Source: Parcubacteria group bacterium
Lineage (GTDB): Bacteria; Patescibacteriota; Patescibacteriia; UBA1558; GWA2-36-10
Reading direction: 5' to 3'
Assembly: GCA_003104935.1 (NCBI GenBank)
Contig: PQAE01000012.1
Span: forward strand, 4,988 to 68,987
DNA: 64,000 nt
Shown piece after piece: positions 28,427-38,747 of the stretch (within the stretch, counting starts at the first letter, position 1; every line of letters begins with the position of its first letter). The notes beneath the pieces are model-generated. The model was not told the origin of the DNA. It was given only the letters and a program-made list of their open reading frames with translations, and ran no database searches. The translations under genes and the position numbers were made by a program.

Positions 28427-29892
28427 TAATTTACTGGACTTAGCGGCTGACCGACGATATGAAAATTTATCACCATAGCGGAAACGGTTAATATGTTTTT
28501 CCAATTATAACCCAAATCATTAAAAGTCCGGGCATCGGGGATAAGACGACGCCGACCGGCAGAAATCACATAAACGTTGGGGTCCTTTTCCTTCTTGATT
28601 AAAGTGCCGTCAGACAATTTGACCGGTGGAGCGTCAGTATAAGTCGCTAGGGTTTTAGAGCTAGCACTATTGATCTTCAGGGCGGGAAAATTTGCCTTGG
28701 CAATCAGCTCGTCAATAATCGGCGATTTTTGACCGTCCTTGACGTAATATAGTGACTTGGTAGTCAAATCCCGGAACAATTTACCAAAAGGACTAACCTG
28801 AGTAGTTACGCTTTCGATGGGCTCGCCGTCAGTCAAGGTAGCCAGCTCATCGGCGGTAGCACTTATCACTTCCTCGGGATTAAAACCTAGCTTCTTAAAG
28901 GCCTCGGCTGAACTGATCAGGCGTTTAGTCAAGCCGTCCACCAGATATTTTTGACCATCAGCCGATGACAAGATCGTATAATTGGAAAATTTAATAACCG
29001 GTCCTGTGGGGTACTTATCCAGCTCCGTACTACTGACGGCTAATACTTTGGCGGGATCAAATCGCGAAACCAGAGCATTCATAGTAGCAAATGGTAGTTT
29101 AGAAGACGCATGAATCAAATAGATGGATTTAATATCCTCTCCGTCCTTAGCCTTTACCAAAGCACCCTCCGGTATAATGCCTTCGTCGGTAACAGTATTT
29201 ATTGCGGCCGCAGAAAAACCATATCTTTCCCAAATATCGCGAAATGACTTATTACCGCTGATGTGCGGCGTATAGACATACATCGCCGCGGTAATATTGT
29301 TTTCCGGCTTGATTTCAGTACCCTTGGAGGTGCAGGGAATAAAGGGATTATAATCGTCCACACAAGATCGTTCACCCGGCCGGTGTTTATATTCAGTAAT
29401 ATTGTCCATATAGTATCTAAACTGCAGAGAAGCGCTACGCACCTGTTTGCCGAATCCTTTAAATTTAAAATTACAGCCGCCGCTATCCGGACAGCCATAA
29501 CCCATAGCATAAGCGACGGCATTTTCCACAGGATCAGGATCTTCAATCAAGCTCATTTCTTTTTGCAAAGTGGTTAGTATAAATTGCGGATTTATTTTTG
29601 CCTCCTGAGCGGCGTTCCAGATTATCTCCGCGGCCGAGCGCTGTTTAAAATATTCCACTGTCGGATCCAGAGTCACTTCGCCCGGCCCGGGATTATTACC
29701 TTCATAAAAATAAGTGGCCAAAAAACTATTGTGGCTCTGCAAAAAGTCCCGGATCTGTACCTGGGTCATGGAACCGTAATTATTAGCTTCATTATCGGTA
29801 ATGATGCTATTGGGGTTAAACTCCGCACGCGCCGAAAAAGGAATTAAAAAGTATATTAACAGCAAAAAATATGGCTTGTTCAGTTTCAACAT
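28426..29892 (-). CDS. secreted hypothetical protein (signal peptide; possible glucosaminidase-like N-terminal region)
   Basis: N-terminal signal sequence. The NAAQEAKINPQFILTTLQKE segment resembles GH73/FlgJ-type muramidase helices. Weak. Confidence 0.45.
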   Translation of the reverse strand: MLKLNKPYFLLLIYFLIPFSARAEFNPNSIITDNEANNYGSMTQVQIRDFLQSHNSFLATYFYEGNNPGPGEVTLDPTVEYFKQRSAAEIIWNAAQEAKINPQFILTTLQKEMSLIEDPDPVENAVAYAMGYGCPDSGGCNFKFKGFGKQVRSASLQFRYYMDNITEYKHRPGERSCVDDYNPFIPCTSKGTEIKPENNITAAMYVYTPHISGNKSFRDIWERYGFSAAAINTVTDEGIIPEGALVKAKDGEDIKSIYLIHASSKLPFATMNALVSRFDPAKVLAVSSTELDKYPTGPVIKFSNYTILSSADGQKYLVDGLTKRLISSAEAFKKLGFNPEEVISATADELATLTDGEPIESVTTQVSPFGKLFRDLTTKSLYYVKDGQKSPIIDELIAKANFPALKINSASSKTLATYTDAPPVKLSDGTLIKKEKDPNVYVISAGRRRLIPDARTFNDLGYNWKNILTVSAMVINFHIVGQPLSPVN

Positions 29893-30014
29893 AAGAGCAA
29901 GGGATTTATTTATTATTTTTCCACTATATTATAGCATAAATTTGATAAATAACAAAATTTTCCTAAATTTAAATAAAAATTGATTTTAGTGCCGAAATAA
30001 GCTAAAATCAAGAC

Positions 30015-30569
30015 ATGAATACCTATAGATTATTTATTGATTTGCCTGTCGATCCGGCCTTTTCCCACTCGCTTTTTAAACATTTTGACAGACTGAATTT
30101 GCCCTGGTCGAAATTGAAAAAAGTTGAGGCACGTGATATGCATCTGACACTAAAATTTCTCGGCGAAACCCCTTTGGAGAGATTAGAACCTATTATCAAC
30201 GCCCTTAGCGACATCAAACTTAACTTCCGGGAAATTGAACTGATTTCCGCCGGGCCGAAAATTTTTACCGAAAATAATCCCCGTATTTTGGCCCTAGCTC
30301 TTAAGCCCAATGAAAAACTAAGCGCTCTTTTTCTGGAAATAGACCAATCGCTGGCCGAGGCCGGACTGGCTGCCCGGGATAATCGCGGCTATACGCCACA
30401 CCTCACCTTGGCGCGGGTCAAAGAGGCGGCTCGGCCGGAGGAGTTTGAGGCGTTTTTAAACTGGTCGGAACAACTAGGTGGTTGGGTCAGTGGCTATTTT
30501 GAGCTTCAAGAAAGTCAGTTGACGCCCCGCGGACCAAAATACGATGTCATGCAAACATTTGATTTATGA
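30015..30569 (+). CDS. thpR: RNA 2',3'-cyclic phosphodiesterase (2H phosphoesterase, LigT/ThpR)
   Basis: Two H-x-T-x motifs (HLTLKF and HLTLAR). Confidence 0.7.
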   Translation: MNTYRLFIDLPVDPAFSHSLFKHFDRLNLPWSKLKKVEARDMHLTLKFLGETPLERLEPIINALSDIKLNFREIELISAGPKIFTENNPRILALALKPNEKLSALFLEIDQSLAEAGLAARDNRGYTPHLTLARVKEAARPEEFEAFLNWSEQLGGWVSGYFELQESQLTPRGPKYDVMQTFDL

Positions 30570-31291
30570 GAGAGTATAAATTACTGGGAGTCAAAGTCCA
30601 AACCTTGGCCGAGTATGTGGTCAAGGATGCTTTACATACTTTTTTAAATTCGGACAGCCAGCACCAGATCGTCACTGTTAATCCTGAATTTATCGTCGCT
30701 ACCCAAAAAGATAAAAAATTTCTAACTGTAATCAATGAAGCCAGTTTAGCCACGATTGACGGCAACGGCATTATCAAAGCTCTGCAATTTATGGGCCACC
30801 ACGTTTCCTTGGACGATAGAATTACCGGCGCCGATTTGACCGAGTTGATGATCGAACTAGCCAGCCGTGAAAACTACAAAATATTGTTTATTATGAAGAG
30901 TGACGGGCTGACCAAGCCGGAGGATTTATTTATGATCATCAAAAGCAAATACCCGCAATTGGAGTTTCGCACCGCTGATGAAAATACAGCTATTGAAAAA
31001 GCGCGCATATTTTTTCCGCGCCTGGCCATCGTCGGACTGGGTGCGCCTTATCAGGACTTTTGGATCTGGGAAAACCTACCCAAGATGCCGACGGTAAAAG
31101 TAGCGGTCGGAGTAGGCGGCAGTCTGGATTTTATTTCCGGCAAACAAAAAAGAGCTCCCAAAATTTGGCGCAGTCTGGGATTAGAATGGTTTTGGCGCCT
31201 GATCAAACAACCCTGGCGCATCACCCGGATCTGGAGAGCCGTTTTTGTCTTTTCGTCCTTAGTAATCAGATATAAAATTAAACATCAATAA
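30566..31291 (+). CDS. WecB/TagA/CpsF family glycosyltransferase
   Basis: Family-typical N-terminus and conserved Trp-rich C-terminus. 241 aa. Confidence 0.7.
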   Translation: MREYKLLGVKVQTLAEYVVKDALHTFLNSDSQHQIVTVNPEFIVATQKDKKFLTVINEASLATIDGNGIIKALQFMGHHVSLDDRITGADLTELMIELASRENYKILFIMKSDGLTKPEDLFMIIKSKYPQLEFRTADENTAIEKARIFFPRLAIVGLGAPYQDFWIWENLPKMPTVKVAVGVGGSLDFISGKQKRAPKIWRSLGLEWFWRLIKQPWRITRIWRAVFVFSSLVIRYKIKHQ

Positions 31292-31294
31292 CAT

Positions 31295-32752
31295 ATGACT
31301 ATTCGCACTAGGTTCGCTCCCAGCCCCACCGGCTACCTCCACATCGGCGGTTTACGCACGGCATTATTTTCTTATCTCTGGGCCAGGAAAAACAAAGGGT
31401 CCTTCATCTTGCGGATAGAGGACACAGATCAAAAGCGCTATGTCAAAGGCGCCGTAGACCTGCTCATTAAATCACTGATAAATGTCGGCTTACAGCCCGA
31501 CGAGGGTCTTGTGGCACCTGGCAAGGAAAGGGGCAAATTTGGGCCTTATATACAGTCTCAGAGGCTAAAAATATACCAAAAGTCTGCCCAGGATCTGATT
31601 CATAAGGGCCTGGCCTATTATTGCTTCTGCAGTAGTCAGCGGCTGGAAAAATTGAAAAGGGAACAGCAGGACCGCCAAGAAATGCCACACTACGACGGAC
31701 GTTGCCGCGCACTTTCCGAGACGGAAATTAAAAAAAATTTAGCCCAAAATAGATCGGCCGTGATCCGGTTTAAAATACCGCCCGTGGAAAAGATTGTGGT
31801 CAAGGATTTACTCCACGGAGAAATTACCGTTAGCCCACGCGATCTGGATGATTTTATTTTACTGAAATCCGACGGCTATGCCACTTATCATCTGGCCAAT
31901 GTAGTAGACGATGTCGGCATGAAAATATCTCACGTGATCAGGGGCGAGGAGTGGCTACCGTCTTTGCCCAAACATATTCTTCTTTACCAGGCCTTTGGCT
32001 ACAAAGCGCCAGAATTTGTCCATCTGCCACTCCTGCTTAATCCGGACCGTAGCAAACTATCCAAACGCCAGGGTGATGTTTCAGTAGAGGATTTTATCGG
32101 TCATGGCTATCTTCCCTCGGCTCTAATCAATTATGTCGCTTTGCTGGGATGGAATCCCGGCACTGAAAGGGAAATATTCTCTCTGACTGAGTTGAGTCAG
32201 GAGTTTAGTCTAAAAAAATTAAATAAAGCCAGCGCTATTTTTGATGTCCAAAAATTAAATTGGTTTAATGCTGAATATATCCGTAAAATTATAAAAGCCG
32301 GCGGAAAAGAATATGCCGACCTGGCGGCTTATAGCGTAAGATTTATCACTAAAATGCCGGAACGCGCCAAGGATTTATTGAGGTTGTTCGGCAGTCGGCT
32401 CAGTCGGCTCAACGAATTAGATATTCTGTCGGCTTGGCTGTGGAAACTGCCAAAGTATGACCGTAAGTTGTTAATTTTTAAAAAAAGCACCAAGGATAAA
32501 ACTGAACTTGGCTTAAAATTGGCCCTGGACAAACTTTCCAGTCTGGATCCAAAAAAATGGACGCAGGATAACATTTTTTCCGCTTTGGAAAATATTGTAA
32601 AGGAAAATAATCTGGCGCCCGGCGATGTATTTTGGCCCGTCCGACTGGCAATTTCCGGTCAGGAAAAAAGTCCTTCGCCTGCAGAAATCCTGGAATTTCT
32701 AGGTGCTGAGGAAAGTCTAGCTCGTCTACAAAAAGCATTATCTTTACTGTAA
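31295..32752 (+). CDS. gltX: glutamate--tRNA ligase
   Basis: RFAPSPTGYLHIGG HIGH motif and KLSKR. Confidence 0.85.
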   Translation: MTIRTRFAPSPTGYLHIGGLRTALFSYLWARKNKGSFILRIEDTDQKRYVKGAVDLLIKSLINVGLQPDEGLVAPGKERGKFGPYIQSQRLKIYQKSAQDLIHKGLAYYCFCSSQRLEKLKREQQDRQEMPHYDGRCRALSETEIKKNLAQNRSAVIRFKIPPVEKIVVKDLLHGEITVSPRDLDDFILLKSDGYATYHLANVVDDVGMKISHVIRGEEWLPSLPKHILLYQAFGYKAPEFVHLPLLLNPDRSKLSKRQGDVSVEDFIGHGYLPSALINYVALLGWNPGTEREIFSLTELSQEFSLKKLNKASAIFDVQKLNWFNAEYIRKIIKAGGKEYADLAAYSVRFITKMPERAKDLLRLFGSRLSRLNELDILSAWLWKLPKYDRKLLIFKKSTKDKTELGLKLALDKLSSLDPKKWTQDNIFSALENIVKENNLAPGDVFWPVRLAISGQEKSPSPAEILEFLGAEESLARLQKALSLL

Positions 32753-32799
32753 ATTTGTCAAAATAAGAGAAAAATGATATAATATAGGGTACTTTACCC

Positions 32800-34050
32800 A
32801 TGTTTATTAAACATAAAAACAAAAAATACCTTATTTTTGGATCTTTGGCCCTGGTAATGGCTTTATTTTTTGGTATTAGAAATATTTATGCTACCGAATA
32901 TAAGCTGGATGAATTGGACAATGTAGAGATCTGGCAGATCAACCAGGATATCAATGATAAAAGGTCTCAAATACAGGATTTGAAAAAACAAATTGAAGTA
33001 TACCAAAAAAACATTGATGCCAAACAAAAAGAACTAACAAACTTGTCCAGCCAGGTCGGCACTCTAAACGATAGTATCGCCAAAACAAACTTGGAGATAA
33101 AAAGCGTAGAGCTGGAAGTAGAAACTTTAAATCTAAAAATTGAAAATATCCAGTTGAAAATCCAGGCCAAGGAAAGAGAGATTTCCGATCAAAAAGATAA
33201 CATTGCCGAAATCCTGCGCAGTCTGCATTTGGAACAGCAAAAAAATAATCTATTAGAGCTCTTATTGATGAACGATAATTTCAGCGATTTTATGGCCGAG
33301 CTGAACCGCCTGGAAAACGTCCAAAACGGCCTTTTGGATAAAGTCGGCGAACTTAATAGCGTCAAGATGGCTTTGGATCAGGATCAGACTGATCTGGTCA
33401 GCCAGCACAGCGAACTAGACACACTGCAGGATATCTTAGTCACCAAGGTGGAAAATCTGGACGGTCAGAAAACCGCCAAAAATAATTTAATGAAGCTGAC
33501 GCAAGGCCAGGAAGCTAAATTCCAGGCTTTGATGAAGCAAGCCAAGGAAGAGCAGGAACAGGCCAATAACGATATTGTTTATTTAGAAAAAGTAGCCCGA
33601 GAAAAACTCAACCGCACTATGGCCCTGGATGCTTATGCCGGAGAAGGTTTTACTTGGCCGGTAGCATCGCGCGTGATCACTTCTTATTTTCATGATAAAG
33701 ATTATCCTTACCGTTGGATTTTTGAGCATCCGGCCATCGATATTGCTACCCCGCAAGGCACGCCGATCAAAGCCGTGGAATCTGGTTATGTCACTATAGC
33801 CAAAGATGGCGGAAAAAAGGGCTATAGTTATATTATGATTGTCCATGCCAGCGGCCTTTCCTCGGTCTATGGGCACATCAATCAAATGTCAGTCAGCGTG
33901 GACCAATTTGTTTCTAAGGGGCAGATTATCGGTTACTCGGGAGGAACGCCGGGTACGCGTGGCGCCGGACCATTTACGACCGGCCCGCATCTGCATTTAG
34001 AAATCAGATTAAACGGTATTCCGGTAGATCCGCTTAGTTATTTGCCTTAA
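32800..34050 (+). CDS. M23 family metallopeptidase with N-terminal coiled coil (EnvC-like)
   Basis: Long coiled-coil region. C-terminal M23 motifs (HxxxD-like, HLHLEIR). Confidence 0.75.
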   Translation: MFIKHKNKKYLIFGSLALVMALFFGIRNIYATEYKLDELDNVEIWQINQDINDKRSQIQDLKKQIEVYQKNIDAKQKELTNLSSQVGTLNDSIAKTNLEIKSVELEVETLNLKIENIQLKIQAKEREISDQKDNIAEILRSLHLEQQKNNLLELLLMNDNFSDFMAELNRLENVQNGLLDKVGELNSVKMALDQDQTDLVSQHSELDTLQDILVTKVENLDGQKTAKNNLMKLTQGQEAKFQALMKQAKEEQEQANNDIVYLEKVAREKLNRTMALDAYAGEGFTWPVASRVITSYFHDKDYPYRWIFEHPAIDIATPQGTPIKAVESGYVTIAKDGGKKGYSYIMIVHASGLSSVYGHINQMSVSVDQFVSKGQIIGYSGGTPGTRGAGPFTTGPHLHLEIRLNGIPVDPLSYLP

Positions 34051-34076
34051 TTTTAAATTAGCCGAATTGCTGAAAT

Positions 34077-35207
34077 ATGACCGGGCATCAAAAATATTTT
34101 TTGAAATTAATCTTAGCCCTACTTATTTGCTTGGTAGGGCTGATTTTTATTGTTCAAAAAAATAATAACGATGTTTTCTTTGACTTGCCCGGTTTGTCGG
34201 CAGAGAACATTCTTTACCGTATTGATGATATCAGGCCGGCAAAAGAAAATATTTTGACTGACACCGAAACCCTTGAGATGAGGCGAGTGTCTTTTTTATT
34301 TTTCGGCGATCTGATGCTGGACCGCAATGTTAAAACCAAGATAGGGGAGAGTAATAATATTGATTTTCTGTTCAAGGGTTTGGCCCGAGAGGAAAACAGG
34401 TTTTTTATGAGCCCGGACATCATCAGCGCCAATCTGGAAGGTGCCGTGACGAGTAGCGGGGTGCATTATCCTCCGATCTCCGAAAATGACTTTGCTTTTA
34501 ACACCTCTACCGTCAACGGACTTAAAAAATATAATTTTAATTTTTTTAATATAGCGAACAATCACATTACAGATCAGGGACCAAGAGGACTGACCGAAAC
34601 CACTACCAACCTCACAACCCTCGGCTTTGACTTTAGCGGCTGTGCCGACACACAAATTGGCGATTGTAGTTATAAAATTGTTAATAAGAACGGAATAAAG
34701 GTGGCTATGGTAGGATTGAGCCAGGTTTATCATCTTCTTGATATCAACCAGGCGTCCGAATTAATAAAAAAAATCAGGGCACAAGCCGACATCATAGTAG
34801 TCAATGCGCACTGGGGCAATGAATACGAACATAATTTTAACTCTAAACAAAGTGCTCCAGCCCACACCATGATCGATGCCGGAGCAGATATTATTATCGG
34901 CCATCACCCTCATGTGGTCCAGGGCTTGGAAATCTATAAAAACAAGCCGATATTTTACTCGCTGGGCAATTTTATTTTTGACCAGTATTTTTCTACTGAT
35001 ACGCAAGAGGAGTTAGGAGTCGGTATGAATTACCATCAGGCGGATAAAAAAATGATATTATATCTCTTTCCGATGCGCAGTGTCTCCAGCGTACCACAAT
35101 TGATGGTTGATCGGGAAAAAAATGAATTTTTAAATAAATTTGTTACTTGGTCCAAACTTGAGGAAAGCAAGAAATCAGAAATTTTGTCGGGGATACTTAA
35201 TCTCTAA
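34077..35207 (+). CDS. CapA family metallophosphatase (PGA-synthesis CapA-like)
   Basis: N-terminal TM. GDLMLDR, NAHWGNEYE and GHHPHVVQG metallophosphatase motifs. Confidence 0.7.
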   Translation: MTGHQKYFLKLILALLICLVGLIFIVQKNNNDVFFDLPGLSAENILYRIDDIRPAKENILTDTETLEMRRVSFLFFGDLMLDRNVKTKIGESNNIDFLFKGLAREENRFFMSPDIISANLEGAVTSSGVHYPPISENDFAFNTSTVNGLKKYNFNFFNIANNHITDQGPRGLTETTTNLTTLGFDFSGCADTQIGDCSYKIVNKNGIKVAMVGLSQVYHLLDINQASELIKKIRAQADIIVVNAHWGNEYEHNFNSKQSAPAHTMIDAGADIIIGHHPHVVQGLEIYKNKPIFYSLGNFIFDQYFSTDTQEELGVGMNYHQADKKMILYLFPMRSVSSVPQLMVDREKNEFLNKFVTWSKLEESKKSEILSGILNL

Positions 35208-35220
35208 AATTAAATAAAAG

Positions 35221-35277
35221 AAAAGAGCCCCGTAACGTTGTGTCAGCATTGTGATGTCAGACGGCGTTACGGGGCTC
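35221..35277 (-). terminator. intrinsic terminator (13-bp perfect stem GAGCCCCGUAACG) ending the minus-strand RNA
   Basis: On the minus strand the hairpin is followed by UUUUCUUUU. There is no T-run on the plus strand. Confidence 0.6.
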
Positions 35278-35591
35278 CCAGGGTTGCTTTGGTGGACAAC
35301 GAGTTCTGACTGTGGTCAGCAGTTTTCCGGCATAGGCTCCGGCTAACCTGACAACAGCAACTGTGTCCCCAAGGTGGTAAGGTCTATAGCAACCCCACGA
35401 GGATTGCTGGGGGAGGATTCCCGCGGGTGTGGCCGACTTTAGTTCGGTCCCGACTTATCCAGTTTTTCTCCCTGGCGGATAGCTCACTACTGCAGGACTT
35501 GCCCCACATTAAAGCAGTATGCGAGCGTCAATTATCTACACCTAGACAGGGCTAGCACTCTATCTATTGCATCGATCCCGCTCGAGCCCCC
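35225..35591 (-). ncRNA. unclassified GC-rich structured RNA (about 370 nt) downstream of xer. The 5' end starts GGGGGCUCGAG.
   Basis: ORF-free with about 55% GC. The 5' GGGGCUC pairs with GAGCCCC near the 3' end. Internal hairpins are present and a terminator follows. Canonical RNase P P4 and tmRNA T-arm sequences were not found. Confidence 0.4.
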
Positions 35592-35698
35592 AGCAATATT
35601 ACGAAGAACACTTACGATTGAGTATGTGAGCACACATTAAATAATCTGTCAAGACCACCCGGCAGATATTTTAAAATTTATGCTAATATTAGCTAAAA

Positions 35699-36646
35699 TC
35701 ATTGCCTTAAAGGATGATATTTGCTGTGTGTTTTCTCCGCATAGCGGTCCGAGGCGTGCACATAGCGAGTCGTGGTATCCAAAGACTCGTGACCCAAAAG
35801 TATTTGAATAGCAGCCGGATTAGCGCCGCTTTCCGCCATGTAAGTAGCAAAACTGTGGCGAATGGAGTGGGCCGAAACCGGAATATTTATTCCTAAAAGC
35901 TGCCGGTATTGCTTTATTTTGGACTGCAAATAATTGGCGGAAATTCTTTTATTTTTTTCCTGGTTGTTCCTGCCGCGATAGGGGACAAACATAAAATCGG
36001 AATCATCGTCACGAGTACGCAGATAATTTTGTAGCCACTTGATCGCGCGCGGAGTCAGATAAACAAATCTTTGTTTTTTACCCTTGCCCATGATGTAAAT
36101 CCGGCCACTGGGATCAAGCTGGGCTTTTTTGAGCGACAATAGTTCGGAAATACGCATGCCGGTGGCAAATAAGGTTTCCAGCATAGCTTGGTTGCGCAGG
36201 GCAATTATTTTGTCGGTTTCAAATTTAGCCGGAGCTTCAATCAATTTGATCAGATCCCGCATCTCCGGTACCTGGCCGTACTTCTTTTCTGTCTTCAGTA
36301 GTTTTATATCATCGGCACTGATCGGTGATTTATAATCAACATCCGCTAAAAATTTTAAATACGAACGTAAGGCCGATAAAATTCTATTGATACTATAGCT
36401 GGAAAGCTGGCCCTGGTTATGTTCGCCTTCGGCCGTCAGCCTTGAAGTAGAGGATAGGTAGGCCTTAAATTTGATCAAGGCCCTTTTATCCATTTTGATA
36501 AAAGGCCGTCTGATATCATCAGAAATAAATTTCTGAAAAGTATTTAAATCTCTTTCATAATTATAAACAGTTTCCGCCGAATAATTTGACGATTGGATGT
36601 TTTCCAAATATTCATCTAAAAGTGGCAGGGGAGAAGCGGTTTTCAT
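35699..36646 (-). CDS. tyrosine site-specific recombinase (XerC/XerD family)
   Basis: RHSFATYMAESGANPAAIQILLGHESLDTTTRYVH catalytic C-terminus (R..H..R..Y). N-terminal SAM-like domain. Confidence 0.8.
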   Translation of the reverse strand: MKTASPLPLLDEYLENIQSSNYSAETVYNYERDLNTFQKFISDDIRRPFIKMDKRALIKFKAYLSSTSRLTAEGEHNQGQLSSYSINRILSALRSYLKFLADVDYKSPISADDIKLLKTEKKYGQVPEMRDLIKLIEAPAKFETDKIIALRNQAMLETLFATGMRISELLSLKKAQLDPSGRIYIMGKGKKQRFVYLTPRAIKWLQNYLRTRDDDSDFMFVPYRGRNNQEKNKRISANYLQSKIKQYRQLLGINIPVSAHSIRHSFATYMAESGANPAAIQILLGHESLDTTTRYVHASDRYAEKTHSKYHPLRQ

Positions 36647-36763
36647 ATTCTATATTATATTACAGGCGTAAATACCTGTCAAACTGAGTGTAAGAGATAT
36701 TATACTCAGTTAGTAGTAAATAATATAACGGGCAATTAATTTGCTTGCCGGCACTACACTCTA

Positions 36764-37588
36764 CTAATCAAACCAAACTTTGTCCCCAAAACGCAAATCA
36801 ATATAATTCATATCAGTGCCCACTACATTCCCCGCTTTGAGGATGCGGGCCAGATTATTCAGCTGGGTCTCAACAGACGTGTTGGTGTCTATTTTAACAA
36901 AATATCCGGCCGAGGTATACAATTCCCAGCTGGTGCCGTCATAGACCGCTATTTTGGTCAAACCGACTAATGATCCGATGATATCCTGCCAGCGGGCATA
37001 AATTTTGTTGATTATATCCAGTTCCTGAGCGGCAAATACGGCGTTATCCGCTCCGAACTGACTACGATGGTCCTCCAGTGTCAAATATGAGCTGTCCAAG
37101 GCTCCTATGGGCCTAATTTTAGCTGCCGAGGCATCGAGTAGGTATATTTCATTGTCTTTTTGCCAGACAAAGTGCGAGACTTTCTCCTTGATGTTAACAT
37201 CCAGACTATGCGGCCATTTTTTGGAAATATAAACCTCCTCCAGATTATAGGTCTGCTGGAGCTTGTCGGCCAAAAGCTTGGTATTTAATAGAAAAAAATT
37301 ATTATTTTTAAAAAAGACGTAGCGAGATTGGCTCAACAAGGGATCTAAAGTGGTCCGGACGTCGCTTAGGGTCAAATCTTTCTGCCCGCTTAAACCCACA
37401 TCGCGGATAGCCAGATACCTGATCTGGAAAATACTTTGCACCAAAAAAATAAAAACTATCAGCCAGAAGATTTTGATCACTCGCCGGTATAACTTCGGGC
37501 GCTCCCGGGTATAGTAAGATTTCATCAGGCGGCGGGGACGATGGGGCAGATGTTTCTGCCAGGATTTGCTGGATCGAATATTGAGCAT
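36764..37588 (-). CDS. ftsQ: cell division protein FtsQ/DivIB-like (TM plus POTRA)
   Basis: N-terminal basic region plus a single TM. POTRA-like beta region. Confidence 0.55.
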   Translation of the reverse strand: MLNIRSSKSWQKHLPHRPRRLMKSYYTRERPKLYRRVIKIFWLIVFIFLVQSIFQIRYLAIRDVGLSGQKDLTLSDVRTTLDPLLSQSRYVFFKNNNFFLLNTKLLADKLQQTYNLEEVYISKKWPHSLDVNIKEKVSHFVWQKDNEIYLLDASAAKIRPIGALDSSYLTLEDHRSQFGADNAVFAAQELDIINKIYARWQDIIGSLVGLTKIAVYDGTSWELYTSAGYFVKIDTNTSVETQLNNLARILKAGNVVGTDMNYIDLRFGDKVWFD

Positions 37589-37634
37589 ACTCTACTCTGC
37601 TGTATGACGGCTATATTTAATGTGTCGTTTAATA

Positions 37635-38747
37635 TTAAATGATTATTCTGGGAATATCAGTATTTATTCGGGTGACAATTTCATAATTAATACTTTGCGC
37701 TTGGCCGGCTAAATATTCGGCACTGATTTTTTCTGCATCATCTATACCGATTAATGTTGCCCTGTCCCCTACCTTCACTTCCAGGCCCTGAGGAATCTCC
37801 ACCATCGTCAGATTCATACAAATATTGCCGCGCACCGGACATCTTTTGCCCTTAATTAAAACTTCACTTTTGTTAGAGAGCGCGCGCGGATAACCTTCGT
37901 TGTACCCTACCGGCAAGACCGCTAGCTGGCCATCGTGTTCAAAAATGTGCGTGCGATTATAGCCGATGCTTTCTCCGGATTTTATTTTTTTTATTTGTAC
38001 TATTTTTGTGCACCAACTCAGGACCGTGTGCAGATCCAGGCCTAGCTTTTCACCACGCTGTCGCGACGGCTCCGAGGGCCATAGACCATATAAAGACAAA
38101 CCCAGTCTTACTATGTCTAATTGAGAATCCGGCACGCTGATAGCCGCGGCCGAACAGGCAATGTGAAATAAAATGTCCGGAAATTGCTTTTTTATTTGGT
38201 TCAGCTGGGCTAATTGACCTCGGGAAAAAGTCTGATCCTCGGCTTCGGATTCCGCAAAATGACTAAAGATGCTAAAAATTTCTAAATTTGGTTTGTGCTG
38301 TATTTGCCGGACAACGTCCGCCGCCTCCTCTACTCTAAACCCCAGACGCGACGTGCCGGTATCAACCTTTATATTAATTTGAAATTTGGTATTTAACTTC
38401 GCTCCTAAATCATTTAGATAATCTGCCGTGGCCAAGTCATAAACCGTTAGTGATATATTTTGGTCGACAATTTTTAATAATTGGCTCTCCTCCGGATCAA
38501 AATAACTTAGGACCATTAGCGGTTTTTTGCTGAGCACACGGACAGCCAAGGCCTCGTCTAAATTAGCCAGCATAAATCCGGCCGCATTTTTTTCCTTTTC
38601 TAAAATACTTAACACCGATGCCAGACCGTGCCCATAAGCATTACTCTTGATTACCGGCCAGATTTGAGCATGAGGAATGATATTCTTATACTGCTGGAGA
38701 TTATGGACTAAATTGGCCTTATTTATTTCTACCCAGGCAAGCGGCAT
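37635..38747 (-). CDS. alr: alanine racemase
   Basis: PLP-binding VIKSNAYGHG motif. Confidence 0.85.
   Translation of the reverse strand: MPLAWVEINKANLVHNLQQYKNIIPHAQIWPVIKSNAYGHGLASVLSILEKEKNAAGFMLANLDEALAVRVLSKKPLMVLSYFDPEESQLLKIVDQNISLTVYDLATADYLNDLGAKLNTKFQINIKVDTGTSRLGFRVEEAADVVRQIQHKPNLEIFSIFSHFAESEAEDQTFSRGQLAQLNQIKKQFPDILFHIACSAAAISVPDSQLDIVRLGLSLYGLWPSEPSRQRGEKLGLDLHTVLSWCTKIVQIKKIKSGESIGYNRTHIFEHDGQLAVLPVGYNEGYPRALSNKSEVLIKGKRCPVRGNICMNLTMVEIPQGLEVKVGDRATLIGIDDAEKISAEYLAGQAQSINYEIVTRINTDIPRIII

Noticed and set aside
35225-35591. Confident call of tmRNA (ssrA) or RNase P RNA for the GGGGG-initiated RNA
   Set aside because: No T-arm or ...CCA-type 3' end, no GGGG/G-U alanine identity partner and no recognisable tag ORF for tmRNA. 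The GGAAAGUCCGG / ACAGAANCCGGCUUA P4 strands and GGUAAGAGC module of RNase P were not found. It is left unclassified.
35660-35698. Definitive dif site call next to xer
   Set aside because: Palindromes are present, but there is no clear 11-6-11 architecture matching known dif, difSL or difH consensus. Mentioned only as a possibility within the RNA/xer finding.
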